DNA of 64,000 nt from a virus. The notes beneath the pieces were generated by a model that made no database searches, was not told the origin of the DNA, and saw nothing but the letters and a program-made list of their open reading frames with translations. Position numbers and translations under genes: made by a program. This document shows positions 1-9,915 of this stretch, piece after piece (within the stretch, counting starts at the first letter, position 1; every line of letters starts with the position of its first letter). The stretch lies in IMG/VR virus record IMGVR_UViG_3300036817_000261, positions 1 to 64,000 of that record. One strand, 5' to 3'.

Positions 1-1
1 A

Positions 2-3000
2 GCTAACTCGACCCCAGCCCAAGGGGCGCAGATGTTAGCCAATGACTTTAGTAACACGCTTTCTAAAGTAAGCCTTAACCCGGTTGATTGGGCTAAAGGA
101 CTCAACGATTTTAAGAATCAGTTAGGCGGCGGGGCCAACACGGTTTTACAGGCTCTAGGCGTACAGAACACGCTCACTTACCGGGATGATCTTTCGAACC
201 AGCTCAAGCAGGGCACCATCACTTCTGATCAGTACAGCCAGGGAACGCAGCTCTTAGATCAGATCGATAACATGCGATCATCCCAGGTCTTACGGGGCGG
301 GATGGGCATGGGCGAGAACCCCCAAAAAGCGCAACAGATCCAGAACGAAAACTCTGAGATCTCCCGGCTCTTCTTTCAAGCCGATCCCTCGTTTGCTCGT
401 TCGGCGGCTTCTAAAGCGATGTTAGAGACGCTCACTGGGACAGAGCATTCTCTGCAATCAATCGCCGCGATCCCCCAGCAGATCAGCGATTTTGATCCGA
501 CTAAGTATTTCACCGGGCACTCCAAGATGACTAATTGGAGTCCTGATGATCTTAAGGACTGGATCAATACTGAGCGCACTTTTAACGTGCAGCGGCAGGA
601 ACACGCCGCAGGCCAAGTGGATCCCTGGACGCAGGCATTTGCTAGCTGGAGCAACAATTTTCTAAAACGTGCCGGATTAGCGCCCCAGTACGCGGAGACC
701 CTTTCACCGGAAGATTTAGCGGCAGAAGGCCGACCGGTTTCCCCTGAGAAAATAGGCCAAGTCTCGACCCTGGCCTCAACTCTGGAAGCCTCGGCCTTAG
801 GCCGGATTCTGCCCTTGGGCGAGATTGGCGGGGCTTTTAGTGACGTGGGCTTAAAAGCCGGTGGCCTTGCGGCACAAGCGGTGCCCCAGGCAGCTAGACT
901 CGGCAGTAAATTGCTCAGTTCAAGGATTGGACAGTTCGTCACTAATCCGATTCTGATGGCTTTGCATTACCCGGAGCTGGCTCACGGCGATATCGGGCCG
1001 CTAGCTTGGGACGGGGCCAAGGAGCTAGCAACCTATGGAGCCCTGCGGGTTCTGGATAAGTTCGGGCCGCTCACGGCAGACATGTTTGAGCGGGCGGCTG
1101 AAAATAACTACGCGGGTGGCGGATTCTTAGCTCAAGGCGTTTCGCGCGGGCTGCGGCTAGGGGCCGATGCGGTTACTAACTCTTTTCCTTACGCACTCCT
1201 AACTAGCGGCGGCGATCCAGGCCAATTCTGGAGTAACCTCACTTCGCTCTCCGCTTTGCATGGCGCACTGGGCGCGCCGGGGGCGGCAGCGGGCACCGCC
1301 GCCGGAGGCTTGGGGGATTGGATCTTTGCTCGGGACGGCAATGTCAAACAAGTGCCGCCTCGCGCTTATCACGTCGACCCCGGCTTAGATAGTGAGTCGA
1401 TTGCTAATATTAACAATCTGGATCCGCATCTTAAAAACATTGTTACCCGGACCCAGGACGCAGCCGGTGATCATACTGATGTTTATGTGGTTAGCCCGCA
1501 GACCATGCAGGATTATCAACAGCGCTTTGGCGCGACTGGCCAGCAAACCCCGCGCGGGCTCTGGGTGCCCCCGGAATACACTGGTACAGGCCGCAGTGCG
1601 TCCTTTGTTGATGTTAACCATGTAGGAGAGGCTTTGGCCCACGAAGCCATGGGGCATCCGCTGTACTGGTTGATGAACAATGACGCCCGAGATCAGGTAG
1701 AGCAGGCGGCGGTTAAAGAGAATGATCCTAACCAATTTGTCCGAGATAATTACGGCCAGAATCAGGACTACGATTCGTTGCCGGATAATCCCAGTAAGGC
1801 AAACCCTGATCAGCTGAACAAGGCTCTGATTCGGCGAGAGATGGCAGTCGAAGCCATCGGCCAATATTGGAACGGGGGCTCAATCGAGCAATTCTACAAG
1901 AATAAACCGGGACTGGCTCGGTCGCTACGCTATGGCACAGGCTCAATTCTGGAGCGGTTAGGCATTCCTACTAAGACCTGGGAAAGCGAAACCACGATGG
2001 GGATTAACCCGGCTTTCGCTCCGGCCACCTTGATTGATGGCTATTACCGGGACCTGCTTAATCACCGGATCGTGAGGCCTAATAGTAATACCACCGGCAG
2101 CTGGCCCCAACAGGGCGGAGGCGGCGGCGCGGGTGGCGCTGGAGTCCCGCCAACTGGCGGTGGCGGAGGAGCGGGTGGGGCAGGCGGATTAGAGACAGCC
2201 AAACCGGCGAACGTGCTAGGGGTGAGTGGTGGGCCCGATGAGTCCGTCATCAAGGGGTTAATGAAACAAGGGTTCAATCGCCAACAGGCTACCGACTTCG
2301 CGGCCAAAGGCACCGTAAGTCCGACTCAGGGACAGGGACGATTAACTGCGCCAACTCCAGGCCCGGTTTCACCAACCACCGGACCTAGTGTGCCGGATAT
2401 CGAGCAGCGGGCTTACCAGATTGCGCAGCAACGTGAAGCTCAAGGAACCCCCGGCGATCAGCTCAGCGACTGGCATCAGGCGGAAGCTGAACTAAAAGCT
2501 GCCCCTACTAATCAGCCAGAACCACCGGCCCCTGGCACTCCGATCCATGATAGTGAGGAATATCACGGTGCTGTGGAAGACTTGGCGCGCCAAGGAGTTC
2601 CTCAAGGGGAGGCCCGCGCGGCAGTAGAAGGTCGGCAACCCAAGAGCTTGCGCGAGACCGGCGAAGCTGGGATCCGATTGCCGGTAACGCCTCCAGGGGG
2701 TCCGCAAGGCCCTGCACCGGCTGGCGGTGGCGGCGCAGCGATGCCGCCTGGGGAACAAGAACAAAGACAAACACCTCCAGAAACGCCTTCGGCCTTCATG
2801 CCGGAGCCGCCCCCGGCTCCTGGCCTGCCTCAGCCCAAAGGCGGCGCACCTGCGCCGGTCGTTGAACATCCGGCTCGCGACCAGCGCCAGAATGAAACGC
2901 CTCCAAGTGAGGAGCACCCGGTTCAAGAACACACGCCTGCAAGCGGTCACAAGTTAGTCGGTGTCATTGGCAGCGAGTTTGGCGAGGTCGATAACCCAGA

Positions 3001-6000
3001 GAGAGGTGGTTACACTGAGCCTAATTGGAATGTGGGCAAATGGGGCGACCGCATCGACGGAGAGAATAACCATGGGGTGGCACTGCCTCCAAGTATCTTG
3101 CGGCACTTGGGCTACACGGGCCAAAAGAATTACGGCCAGGAGTTTAATAGCAAGTACGAGGTCAGGGTTCACAATCCGAAAACCGGCGCGACCTCGACGG
3201 CCAGTTTGAAGGATATTGGCCCTGGGGCATCGACAGGCGCTTCCATCGACATGTTATGGGGCACTCGCAAAGACCTTGGATTTGATACCAATTTCAAGGG
3301 CGGCGTCAATTTCGAGGTCGTTGATAAAAAGACCGGCCAGACCGTTTATGCGCCGACCGGCCATGAAGTCGCTGAAGGCGGCGGTGGGCATGGCGGCAGT
3401 GGTGCGCCTGCTGGTTTTATGGGGATGGCAGGCGTAGGAGGTGAGCCTGGAGCCTTTAGTGGCTGGGGCGCGAATCAGCCCCCGGCAGCGCTTGGCAGCA
3501 AGGGCGGCGACATTGAAGAAGCTGAACGCATCGGTGCGCCTTATGGCGGCGGCGGTGAGGGCGGCGGCGGCGGCGGCGGCGGCACCTTCCAGGCTCCGCC
3601 AGCGGCTCCAGGGCGCTTTAGCGAAGCAGCTCAGCCAATGAGCCAAGCTATGCAGATGGCTGAGTTTACCGGCACCTACGGGGGCGGCTACGGCCAGGGC
3701 GGTTACGGTGGCACTATCCCTGGAATCCAGCCCATGGAGGCACCAGGGATCTCCTTCATGCCTGGGCGGCGCAAGATGGGTGGGATTGAGCCGGAAGGCG
3801 AAGGAGGCGAGCCCGGTGAGCAATCGACTCTCGGCGAGCCCAATGTGAAGGGTTTCAGCGATCTGATTCCTCATCTAGGCCAGGGGATCGAAGGCATTAA
3901 ACGCGCCCAGAAAATGCATGCGCAGCTGCTTTCACCCGATGACACGCGGGTCAAGAAGCAGGCCGACAACATGTTTAAGGGCGAGCACTTCGTTCAGGGC
4001 GACCCGGTCCACACGGCAGCTTTAGCGAATACGCCGCTTCCCGAAAGAGTGGCTCTGGCAGCGGGCCAGACGGCGATTGCCAATAAGCAGCCCATGCACA
4101 TCAGTTATGCGAGTGCGCCGCCGGACGCCGCCAAAGAATCGCCGGTTACGCGGGCAAGCCGAGAAGTTAACTATGATGCCTCGAGCCCACAGGCGCGGCT
4201 TTTAGGTCAGACCAATGCCCGGTTAGCAGGCCACTCTTTTATTCCGACTGCGCTAGGAGTATCACTGCCGCGTAAGAAAGGTGCACCTAATAACGGCTAC
4301 ATCCAGGGGATCAGTACCAGTGTGGCTGCGCACAACCATCATCAGCTAAATCAGGCCTTAAGTGAGATGGGCGAAGAGTCGCCTTATCCGAAACTCAACA
4401 GCCCAAAATTCCGTAATGACTTAAGCGGCTACGTCCAGAATTTGTTAGCTGGGCACAAAGGGACCGGGGACGCTTACATGCCGGGCACCGAAGAATTCCC
4501 TTCTCAGCCCGATAAAAACTATGTGCCGGTGCGGCTTAAAAAGAAGGAAGCCGATTTCCTCAATGCCGTGATTAACAATCAGGGCGCGCGGCACTCCAAG
4601 GCCATACAGGAGCTGGCGCGCAAAGGGGGCACCTTACTGAATGAGGAAGGGGAGACTAATCCGATCCGGCACGCCATTGACGCAAGACAGGCAGGGCTGC
4701 GCGGCGGGGGACCTGAAGAGATCGGAGATAAAGGGATCAAGGCCGCTGCCCAAGACCGGTGGAGTAAAGGCGCGCTCGAGCCCACGATCCGCACCTTTAA
4801 TACTGGACTGATTCACGCTTTACACGAAAGCCCGGAACACATTCCTGAAGAGATCCGGCCAAAGGTGCCCGGTTATCAGGAACTGACTCAGACTCTGGGC
4901 CGGGAACTGGGAGGGCCCAAGGGCAGACCGGACATCGGACTTGCGGCTGGCTTTATGCCACCGGCACTCTCCAAAGAAGAGCACGCGGAACTAACTGGCA
5001 ACATCCGCAAACAGTGGTTAGCGGGCAAGATCCGCACGCCGGAATACATGGAGCGGATCGGCGAGGTGCCCCAGCCCGGAGAACAGATGTCTGGGTTTAT
5101 GCCCATGGCGGGCAAACGAGCAGTCGGCTTCGGCCAAGCCAGAAAAGAGGGCCGCACTTTCGAGACTCCGCTGCCCGGCGGCGGCCAGCGCTTCGAGATC
5201 GATGACCGGGACATGGCTTTTAAACCGCCATCACGACCGGCGATAGCAGCGGGTGCTCGTAACGCCTTAGAAGAGCGTTATAACGCCGACAAAAATGGGC
5301 CTGGGGTGATGCCTTTAAGTGATGCCGTCCGGCACCCGGACCTATTCGAAAACTATCCCTGGCTGCGGCACACCAAGATCTCCATGGATCCTACGCTGCC
5401 GCACTACGGCCACTACGAACAGCCCTGGCTGGATCGGGAAGGCAACATGCGGGGGGATCACTTGGTTTTAAAAAACCCGACCGACAAAGAGACTCTGGCG
5501 CACGAGCTTCAGCATGCGGTCCAGCACTACGAGAAGTTCGCCGGAAAAGGGACTAACTCCGATTATATCTACGACCGGATGTACGGCGATGATGGGATCT
5601 GGGATGAGCTGCACAAACAGTGGAGTGCAGCTTACCCGGAACGGCCCAACATGAGTCAGTCGGAGTACGACCGTAACCAAGAGGAACGTTACGGCTGGAC
5701 TAAGCGGCGCATGAAAGAGATGGCCCAGGCCATGTACGAGATGGATCCGGGCGAGATTGAGGCGCGGGCAGCGGCTAGGCGGGCGCTCCGACTGACGCCG
5801 GAACAGCGCGAGGAAATGGAGGAGGAGACGGGAGCCAAGCTGCAACCAGAGACAACGCCTAAAGAAGATGTTTTAGAAGAGATGGGTCGCGCCGCCACTC
5901 ATGGCCGGATCGCCGGGACCATGTCGGGACGGCCTGGGGTGCCACAAAGCCCCGCCTATATGCCTGCCAAGCGACAGGAATTCAGGCCGACTAGCCCGGA

Positions 6001-7852
6001 GGATTTTATCGCTGCCCGCAACAAATCTAAACGGCCTCAGTTTCTCTCGCCCCTTGAGCCTGAAGACATCACGAATCACCAGCTTTACACTAATAAAGAA
6101 GGGACTGCTGGGGCCGCAGTAAGTCCCGAAGGGGATATTCAGAACGTGTTCAACAATGGAGGCGGCAAAGGCGCGGGCCAACGGGCCCTGGCGCATGCGA
6201 TTGGTAACGGTGGCCGCACCCTAGATGCCTATGATCCTTATTTGCCTTCGCTTTACCGGCAGTTCGGATTCAAGGAAACGGGCCGGATGAAGTTTAACCG
6301 CGACTACGCTCCGCCCAATTGGAATTTCGAAGAGGATGATGATCCAGATATTGCCTTTATGGCCCATCAAGGCTATCCTCCGGGCGGTGAACAAGCCGCA
6401 GTAGAACGAGCGAGCGGTCCACACGAAAACTGGTTACCGAATGAGCGCAGCACACAACAAGAGACCGACTGGGACCAAGCAAAGGAGCGCTCAAGAGGAG
6501 AAGTTTCTCGAGTCGCTGGAGAAGCACCTGGGCCGCAAGCTCTCGGAGCAAGAGAAGAATCTGGCGATCAAGCAGGCGGAGTCGGTGGGGGATCTGTAGA
6601 GCCTTCTTTCATGCCCGCCGCCAAGCGGGCGAGCGCCGGAGTCCGTAAACGCATTGGGGAGCGGCCATCCGATGAAGAGCAAGCCAAGATCTATGATCGG
6701 GTAGCTGGCCGCCTACAGAGAGAGGTCGATGGCTCTAAGGAGACCGTAGGCGCTATTCCTCTGCGGGCCGACCGGGGAAAGAAGGGCGAATTTAGAACCG
6801 ATTCCAAGGGCAATCCGCTCTACGAGAAAGAAAACTATGATCTGGCAAACGCTCCAATCCTGGGCAAAAAAGCTCTGGGATTTGATGAAAAAGGTTCTGT
6901 CAATAAAGCCCCAAAAGGGACAGTGGACAAGCTGGACAAGAACGATCTGCAGTACCTGAACCCCACCGACCGGCTCCGGGTGTCGCACCTCAACGAGTCG
7001 AGCGCGGTTAACACCTTCGCCGACAAACTGAGCAAGATGTACGAAAGCCTCAAGGATATCCCTGAGGTGATGCACGGCAAAGACTGGTACAACGAAACCG
7101 AGGGCCTGCTTAAAAAGCACTTCGGCGGGGACGCGGATCTCGTGGCTAACCTGCTCGCCGCTACCAGTGCCAATACCAACGTCAAGGTCAACTACAAGCT
7201 AGGGATGCAGGCTTATCACCAGCATTTGAGAGGCGATTTTGACCGGCATGCCGATCTCTACAACAAAGCCTACGACATGAAGCAGAAGGGCCAGCTCGCC
7301 CAGCATGTGCTGGACAACAAGCTCAACGGTCAAGATCAATTACCTAAGACCGAGGCCGAGGCCATGGCCCATTACATCAAGCACCATGATATTTTGCCCA
7401 GACAGGAGCACGGCCCGCTTTTTGGGATGAACTCGTTACCGGTCTTAAAGGTCCTGGCGCACACTTGGCACGAGGAAGTAGGAGGGCCCAAGACTCCCAA
7501 CTATGCCGGGAACCTTTCCGGTAAATCTTTGCAGGCGACCATTGATATGTGGGCTGCGCGCACCATGCGCAGGTTGGGTTATGAAGGCCAGACTAAGAAG
7601 CCCTGGCGGATCCAACCGGCGGCAGAGACCGGCGTCACTAACCCGGATTTTGGTTTGAGCCAGCTCGCCTTCCGCAAAGCTGCTGCGCAACACGGCCTTG
7701 AACCTCGACAGCTGCAGGCGATCCTTTGGTTTGCTGAACAAAAACATTGGCAGAAGCACGGCTGGGAGGAGGAGATTGATCCAGCCGAACGCGATTACCG
7801 GCCAGCCCTCAAAGAGTACCAGCAGCCCGAATGGGCTAAGAAGGCAGCTTGA
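2..7852 (+). CDS. Giant polyvalent (probably virion-ejected) protein, likely 5'-truncated: zincin-like peptidase, DUF2934-like, RlpA-like DPBB, LPD23+metallopeptidase, GNAT-like and DUF7178-like domains
   Basis: Frame is open from nt 2 through the ATG at 32 (2606 aa from that ATG). Motifs: HEAMGH (1640); EQRAYQIAQQRE..DWHQAEAEL (~2400-2494); VHNPKTG..DIGP..IDM (~3170-3255); FEIDD..HPDLFENYPWL..HELQH..GEIEAR (5190-5770); GDIQNVF..LDAYD..LYRQFGFKETGR (6130-6290); WY..LAATS..GPKT..TIDMWAAR..QAILW (7084-7730). Confidence 0.8.
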   Translation, partial: ANSTPAQGAQMLANDFSNTLSKVSLNPVDWAKGLNDFKNQLGGGANTVLQALGVQNTLTYRDDLSNQLKQGTITSDQYSQGTQLLDQIDNMRSSQVLRGGMGMGENPQKAQQIQNENSEISRLFFQADPSFARSAASKAMLETLTGTEHSLQSIAAIPQQISDFDPTKYFTGHSKMTNWSPDDLKDWINTERTFNVQRQEHAAGQVDPWTQAFASWSNNFLKRAGLAPQYAETLSPEDLAAEGRPVSPEKIGQVSTLASTLEASALGRILPLGEIGGAFSDVGLKAGGLAAQAVPQAARLGSKLLSSRIGQFVTNPILMALHYPELAHGDIGPLAWDGAKELATYGALRVLDKFGPLTADMFERAAENNYAGGGFLAQGVSRGLRLGADAVTNSFPYALLTSGGDPGQFWSNLTSLSALHGALGAPGAAAGTAAGGLGDWIFARDGNVKQVPPRAYHVDPGLDSESIANINNLDPHLKNIVTRTQDAAGDHTDVYVVSPQTMQDYQQRFGATGQQTPRGLWVPPEYTGTGRSASFVDVNHVGEALAHEAMGHPLYWLMNNDARDQVEQAAVKENDPNQFVRDNYGQNQDYDSLPDNPSKANPDQLNKALIRREMAVEAIGQYWNGGSIEQFYKNKPGLARSLRYGTGSILERLGIPTKTWESETTMGINPAFAPATLIDGYYRDLLNHRIVRPNSNTTGSWPQQGGGGGAGGAGVPPTGGGGGAGGAGGLETAKPANVLGVSGGPDESVIKGLMKQGFNRQQATDFAAKGTVSPTQGQGRLTAPTPGPVSPTTGPSVPDIEQRAYQIAQQREAQGTPGDQLSDWHQAEAELKAAPTNQPEPPAPGTPIHDSEEYHGAVEDLARQGVPQGEARAAVEGRQPKSLRETGEAGIRLPVTPPGGPQGPAPAGGGGAAMPPGEQEQRQTPPETPSAFMPEPPPAPGLPQPKGGAPAPVVEHPARDQRQNETPPSEEHPVQEHTPASGHKLVGVIGSEFGEVDNPERGGYTEPNWNVGKWGDRIDGENNHGVALPPSILRHLGYTGQKNYGQEFNSKYEVRVHNPKTGATSTASLKDIGPGASTGASIDMLWGTRKDLGFDTNFKGGVNFEVVDKKTGQTVYAPTGHEVAEGGGGHGGSGAPAGFMGMAGVGGEPGAFSGWGANQPPAALGSKGGDIEEAERIGAPYGGGGEGGGGGGGGTFQAPPAAPGRFSEAAQPMSQAMQMAEFTGTYGGGYGQGGYGGTIPGIQPMEAPGISFMPGRRKMGGIEPEGEGGEPGEQSTLGEPNVKGFSDLIPHLGQGIEGIKRAQKMHAQLLSPDDTRVKKQADNMFKGEHFVQGDPVHTAALANTPLPERVALAAGQTAIANKQPMHISYASAPPDAAKESPVTRASREVNYDASSPQARLLGQTNARLAGHSFIPTALGVSLPRKKGAPNNGYIQGISTSVAAHNHHQLNQALSEMGEESPYPKLNSPKFRNDLSGYVQNLLAGHKGTGDAYMPGTEEFPSQPDKNYVPVRLKKKEADFLNAVINNQGARHSKAIQELARKGGTLLNEEGETNPIRHAIDARQAGLRGGGPEEIGDKGIKAAAQDRWSKGALEPTIRTFNTGLIHALHESPEHIPEEIRPKVPGYQELTQTLGRELGGPKGRPDIGLAAGFMPPALSKEEHAELTGNIRKQWLAGKIRTPEYMERIGEVPQPGEQMSGFMPMAGKRAVGFGQARKEGRTFETPLPGGGQRFEIDDRDMAFKPPSRPAIAAGARNALEERYNADKNGPGVMPLSDAVRHPDLFENYPWLRHTKISMDPTLPHYGHYEQPWLDREGNMRGDHLVLKNPTDKETLAHELQHAVQHYEKFAGKGTNSDYIYDRMYGDDGIWDELHKQWSAAYPERPNMSQSEYDRNQEERYGWTKRRMKEMAQAMYEMDPGEIEARAAARRALRLTPEQREEMEEETGAKLQPETTPKEDVLEEMGRAATHGRIAGTMSGRPGVPQSPAYMPAKRQEFRPTSPEDFIAARNKSKRPQFLSPLEPEDITNHQLYTNKEGTAGAAVSPEGDIQNVFNNGGGKGAGQRALAHAIGNGGRTLDAYDPYLPSLYRQFGFKETGRMKFNRDYAPPNWNFEEDDDPDIAFMAHQGYPPGGEQAAVERASGPHENWLPNERSTQQETDWDQAKERSRGEVSRVAGEAPGPQALGAREESGDQAGGVGGGSVEPSFMPAAKRASAGVRKRIGERPSDEEQAKIYDRVAGRLQREVDGSKETVGAIPLRADRGKKGEFRTDSKGNPLYEKENYDLANAPILGKKALGFDEKGSVNKAPKGTVDKLDKNDLQYLNPTDRLRVSHLNESSAVNTFADKLSKMYESLKDIPEVMHGKDWYNETEGLLKKHFGGDADLVANLLAATSANTNVKVNYKLGMQAYHQHLRGDFDRHADLYNKAYDMKQKGQLAQHVLDNKLNGQDQLPKTEAEAMAHYIKHHDILPRQEHGPLFGMNSLPVLKVLAHTWHEEVGGPKTPNYAGNLSGKSLQATIDMWAARTMRRLGYEGQTKKPWRIQPAAETGVTNPDFGLSQLAFRKAAAQHGLEPRQLQAILWFAEQKHWQKHGWEEEIDPAERDYRPALKEYQQPEWAKKAA

Positions 7853-7877
7853 TTTTACACGCAAAAAAGGTTAATCT
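7849..7877 (+). promoter_or_regulatory. Sigma70-like promoter, probably leaderless
   Basis: TTGATT-N17-TAATCT, 6 nt before ATG 7884; no SD. Confidence 0.55.
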
Positions 7878-7883
7878 TCCTCT

Positions 7884-8366
7884 ATGGCTAAGCAAGAACC
7901 AGAGCAGCAACCCGGCATGGATGCGAGCCCTGAAGAGCAGGCTTCCATGGTGCACCTGGGCAAGATGATGGGCGACCCGCGCGACCAGTTTGACCGTGAC
8001 GTGGAAGGCCATCTGGCCAAGCTTTATCCGCACGAGGCAGGCTATGAGAAGATGCGCTCAGCCCAAGAAGGCGGCCAGGATCTGGGTCCCAGCGACATCG
8101 ATAAAGAGGAGGTGCAACAGCAACAGGGCCAAGCCAAGGCTCAAGCCGCGCAAGGGGCTCAGCAGGCTAGCCAAGCGCAGGCTCAGCAAACGCCCGTAAA
8201 CGCCCCACCAGCGCCCACGGGCCCAGCGGGTGTCAGTACACCCTATCCGGCTCAAAACGCGCCGCAGCCGCCTCCTAGCACGCAGGATACCGAGCCTAGC
8301 GTGCCCGGCATGCAGAGCCCGGCCTCTGAAGTTGGCCAATCACAACAGCCCCAAAATGGGGATTGA
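7884..8366 (+). CDS. Gln/Pro-rich hypothetical protein
   Basis: 160-aa ORF between its own promoter and a terminator. Confidence 0.7.
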   Translation: MAKQEPEQQPGMDASPEEQASMVHLGKMMGDPRDQFDRDVEGHLAKLYPHEAGYEKMRSAQEGGQDLGPSDIDKEEVQQQQGQAKAQAAQGAQQASQAQAQQTPVNAPPAPTGPAGVSTPYPAQNAPQPPPSTQDTEPSVPGMQSPASEVGQSQQPQNGD

Positions 8367-8430
8367 TTTCGCCACAAGCCGGTGACAGGCTTTCGGCTTA
8401 TAACGTGCGCTTTTTGCGTGCTTGCATTCA

Positions 8431-8475
8431 GGCCCGGTAGCGAAGATTGGGCTCTTCCTACCGGGTCCTTTTTTT
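8431..8475 (+). terminator. Intrinsic terminator (+ strand)
   Basis: GGCCCGGTAG..CTACCGGGTCC hairpin followed by a T run. Confidence 0.75.
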
Positions 8476-8512
8476 AGCCGCACCAACATGCTATGCCCTA
8501 AGCATGTGCCCC

Positions 8513-8544
8513 AAAATAAAAAAGCCACCTAAGTTAAGGTGGCT
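8513..8544 (-). terminator. Intrinsic terminator (- strand)
   Basis: AGCCACCT-N6-AGGTGGCT hairpin followed on the minus strand by TTTTATTTT. Confidence 0.7.
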
Positions 8545-8644
8545 AGAGGTGCGGCGTAAGTTTTGAGGCTTCAGGGCCCGTTCTTACCTTTCGGCAGATA
8601 TGCCCAGTGATCCAGAAGATCAACGCCGCATTAACGGAGTTTAT

Positions 8645-8968
8645 CTATTTCAACTTTTGGGCTCTGTCAAGCTCGCGTTCCAGTTCCGCAATCCGTTGCC
8701 GCGCCCGTCCCAGCTGCTCATCCTCCGCCGCCGCCGACTGCTCCGGCTCATGCTCGGCCCATTGTGCTTTAGTGGCCTCGATAAACTCGTACATCGCCCG
8801 CACCACATCCTCACGTTTCGCATTGGCCACGTAGTTCATCCGGCCGTCAGCTCCGAAGGGAAAACACAAGACCACAAAACCCCAGCCGACCGGCAGTTGC
8901 GCGTCCACCAGTTTGGATAGTGCCTGCATCTTCGCTCTGACTTCCAGATCTTCTTTTTCTAGTGCCAT
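8645..8968 (-). CDS. Conserved phage hypothetical protein
   Basis: 107 aa; GFVVLCFPFG..NYVANAKREDV pattern seen in phage proteins. Confidence 0.7.
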   Translation of the reverse strand: MALEKEDLEVRAKMQALSKLVDAQLPVGWGFVVLCFPFGADGRMNYVANAKREDVVRAMYEFIEATKAQWAEHEPEQSAAAEDEQLGRARQRIAELERELDRAQKLK

Positions 8969-8980
8969 AAAATGTATTTT

Positions 8981-9400
8981 CTAGCGGTTATCTCTGCGCC
9001 ATTGCCGGAGTGCGTGACCTACCCGGCGGCGGTCTTCCTCAGTTGCCTGCTTCATCCCAGTGGCCAGCCGGTCGCGTTTGGCTTCGGCTAACTGGGCTGG
9101 TTTTGTTTTCTGATGTTCGACCAGTCCCGGCGGCTTAGCCTGTTGAGAAGGGAGCCGGTTATAGCGCACCATGTTGCGGATGGCCGCCTTCCAGTCGCGG
9201 ATCTTTCTCCCGGTGAGCTTGAATCCGTTACTTAGCCAGTAATCGTAAATCGATTCGGCATCGCCTCTGGTAAAGCCGATCCGTAAAACTTCGCTAGTGA
9301 TTACATCCAGCGGCGGCATGCCTAGCGGACGATTAGAGTTTTCCAGCGAGGCCTCGACCTCGTTAATAAATTGCTGGCCGTTGTTAGTCGGCTTTTTCAT
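8981..9400 (-). CDS. Replication-initiator C-terminal-like protein
   Basis: YDYWLSNGF..KIRDWKAAIRN resembles phage replication protein C-termini. Confidence 0.55.
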   Translation of the reverse strand: MKKPTNNGQQFINEVEASLENSNRPLGMPPLDVITSEVLRIGFTRGDAESIYDYWLSNGFKLTGRKIRDWKAAIRNMVRYNRLPSQQAKPPGLVEHQKTKPAQLAEAKRDRLATGMKQATEEDRRRVGHALRQWRRDNR

Positions 9401-9543
9401 AGGATCTCGGCAAGACGCGCGCCAGAGTCGTTGTCCCGGCTGAGTTCCACTTCTTTAACTGCGGTTCCGTCGACAATCACCGGAACGTCGCCGTATTCGG
9501 CTAAGACTATTGTTAACTTGCAGATCAATTCGGATATTTTCAT
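9397..9543 (-). CDS. Small hypothetical protein (48 aa, not in ORF track)
   Basis: MKISELICKL..YGDVPV; ATGA overlap with next gene. Confidence 0.6.
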   Translation of the reverse strand: MKISELICKLTIVLAEYGDVPVIVDGTAVKEVELSRDNDSGARLAEIL

Positions 9544-9915
9544 GGCTGGGTTCTTTGAAGCTACGTTTGTTAATACACTTCAGTAAACTATGAAATGGCT
9601 GCTCGTCGCTTCCCAGCTCCTCGCCTGCCAGCTACGCTGAGCGAAACGCTCAGCCTGAGCTGCCCATGGAACCCCTCCTACCTCCCCAAATAAAATGTAC
9701 CCTGGAGGATGAAGGATTCGATAGGGCAACTCAGCCAAAACGTCGGCCTCGAGTGCGGCTCGGTATGCAACCTGAAAGCTTCCCAAGCTGATTGCTATTT
9801 GGCAAAAAAAGACCGGCAAGTCAACCAAAGATTTTCAGGTTCCAAGTTGAGCTTGCCGGTAGATAAGGAGTTTAGGCCTTCCGACGACCTTTAAACCGTG
9901 CTAAAAGTAAAGTCA

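Noticed and set aside
3545-3583. (GGC)n microsatellite
   Set aside because: In-frame poly-Gly linker; no sign of a regulatory role.
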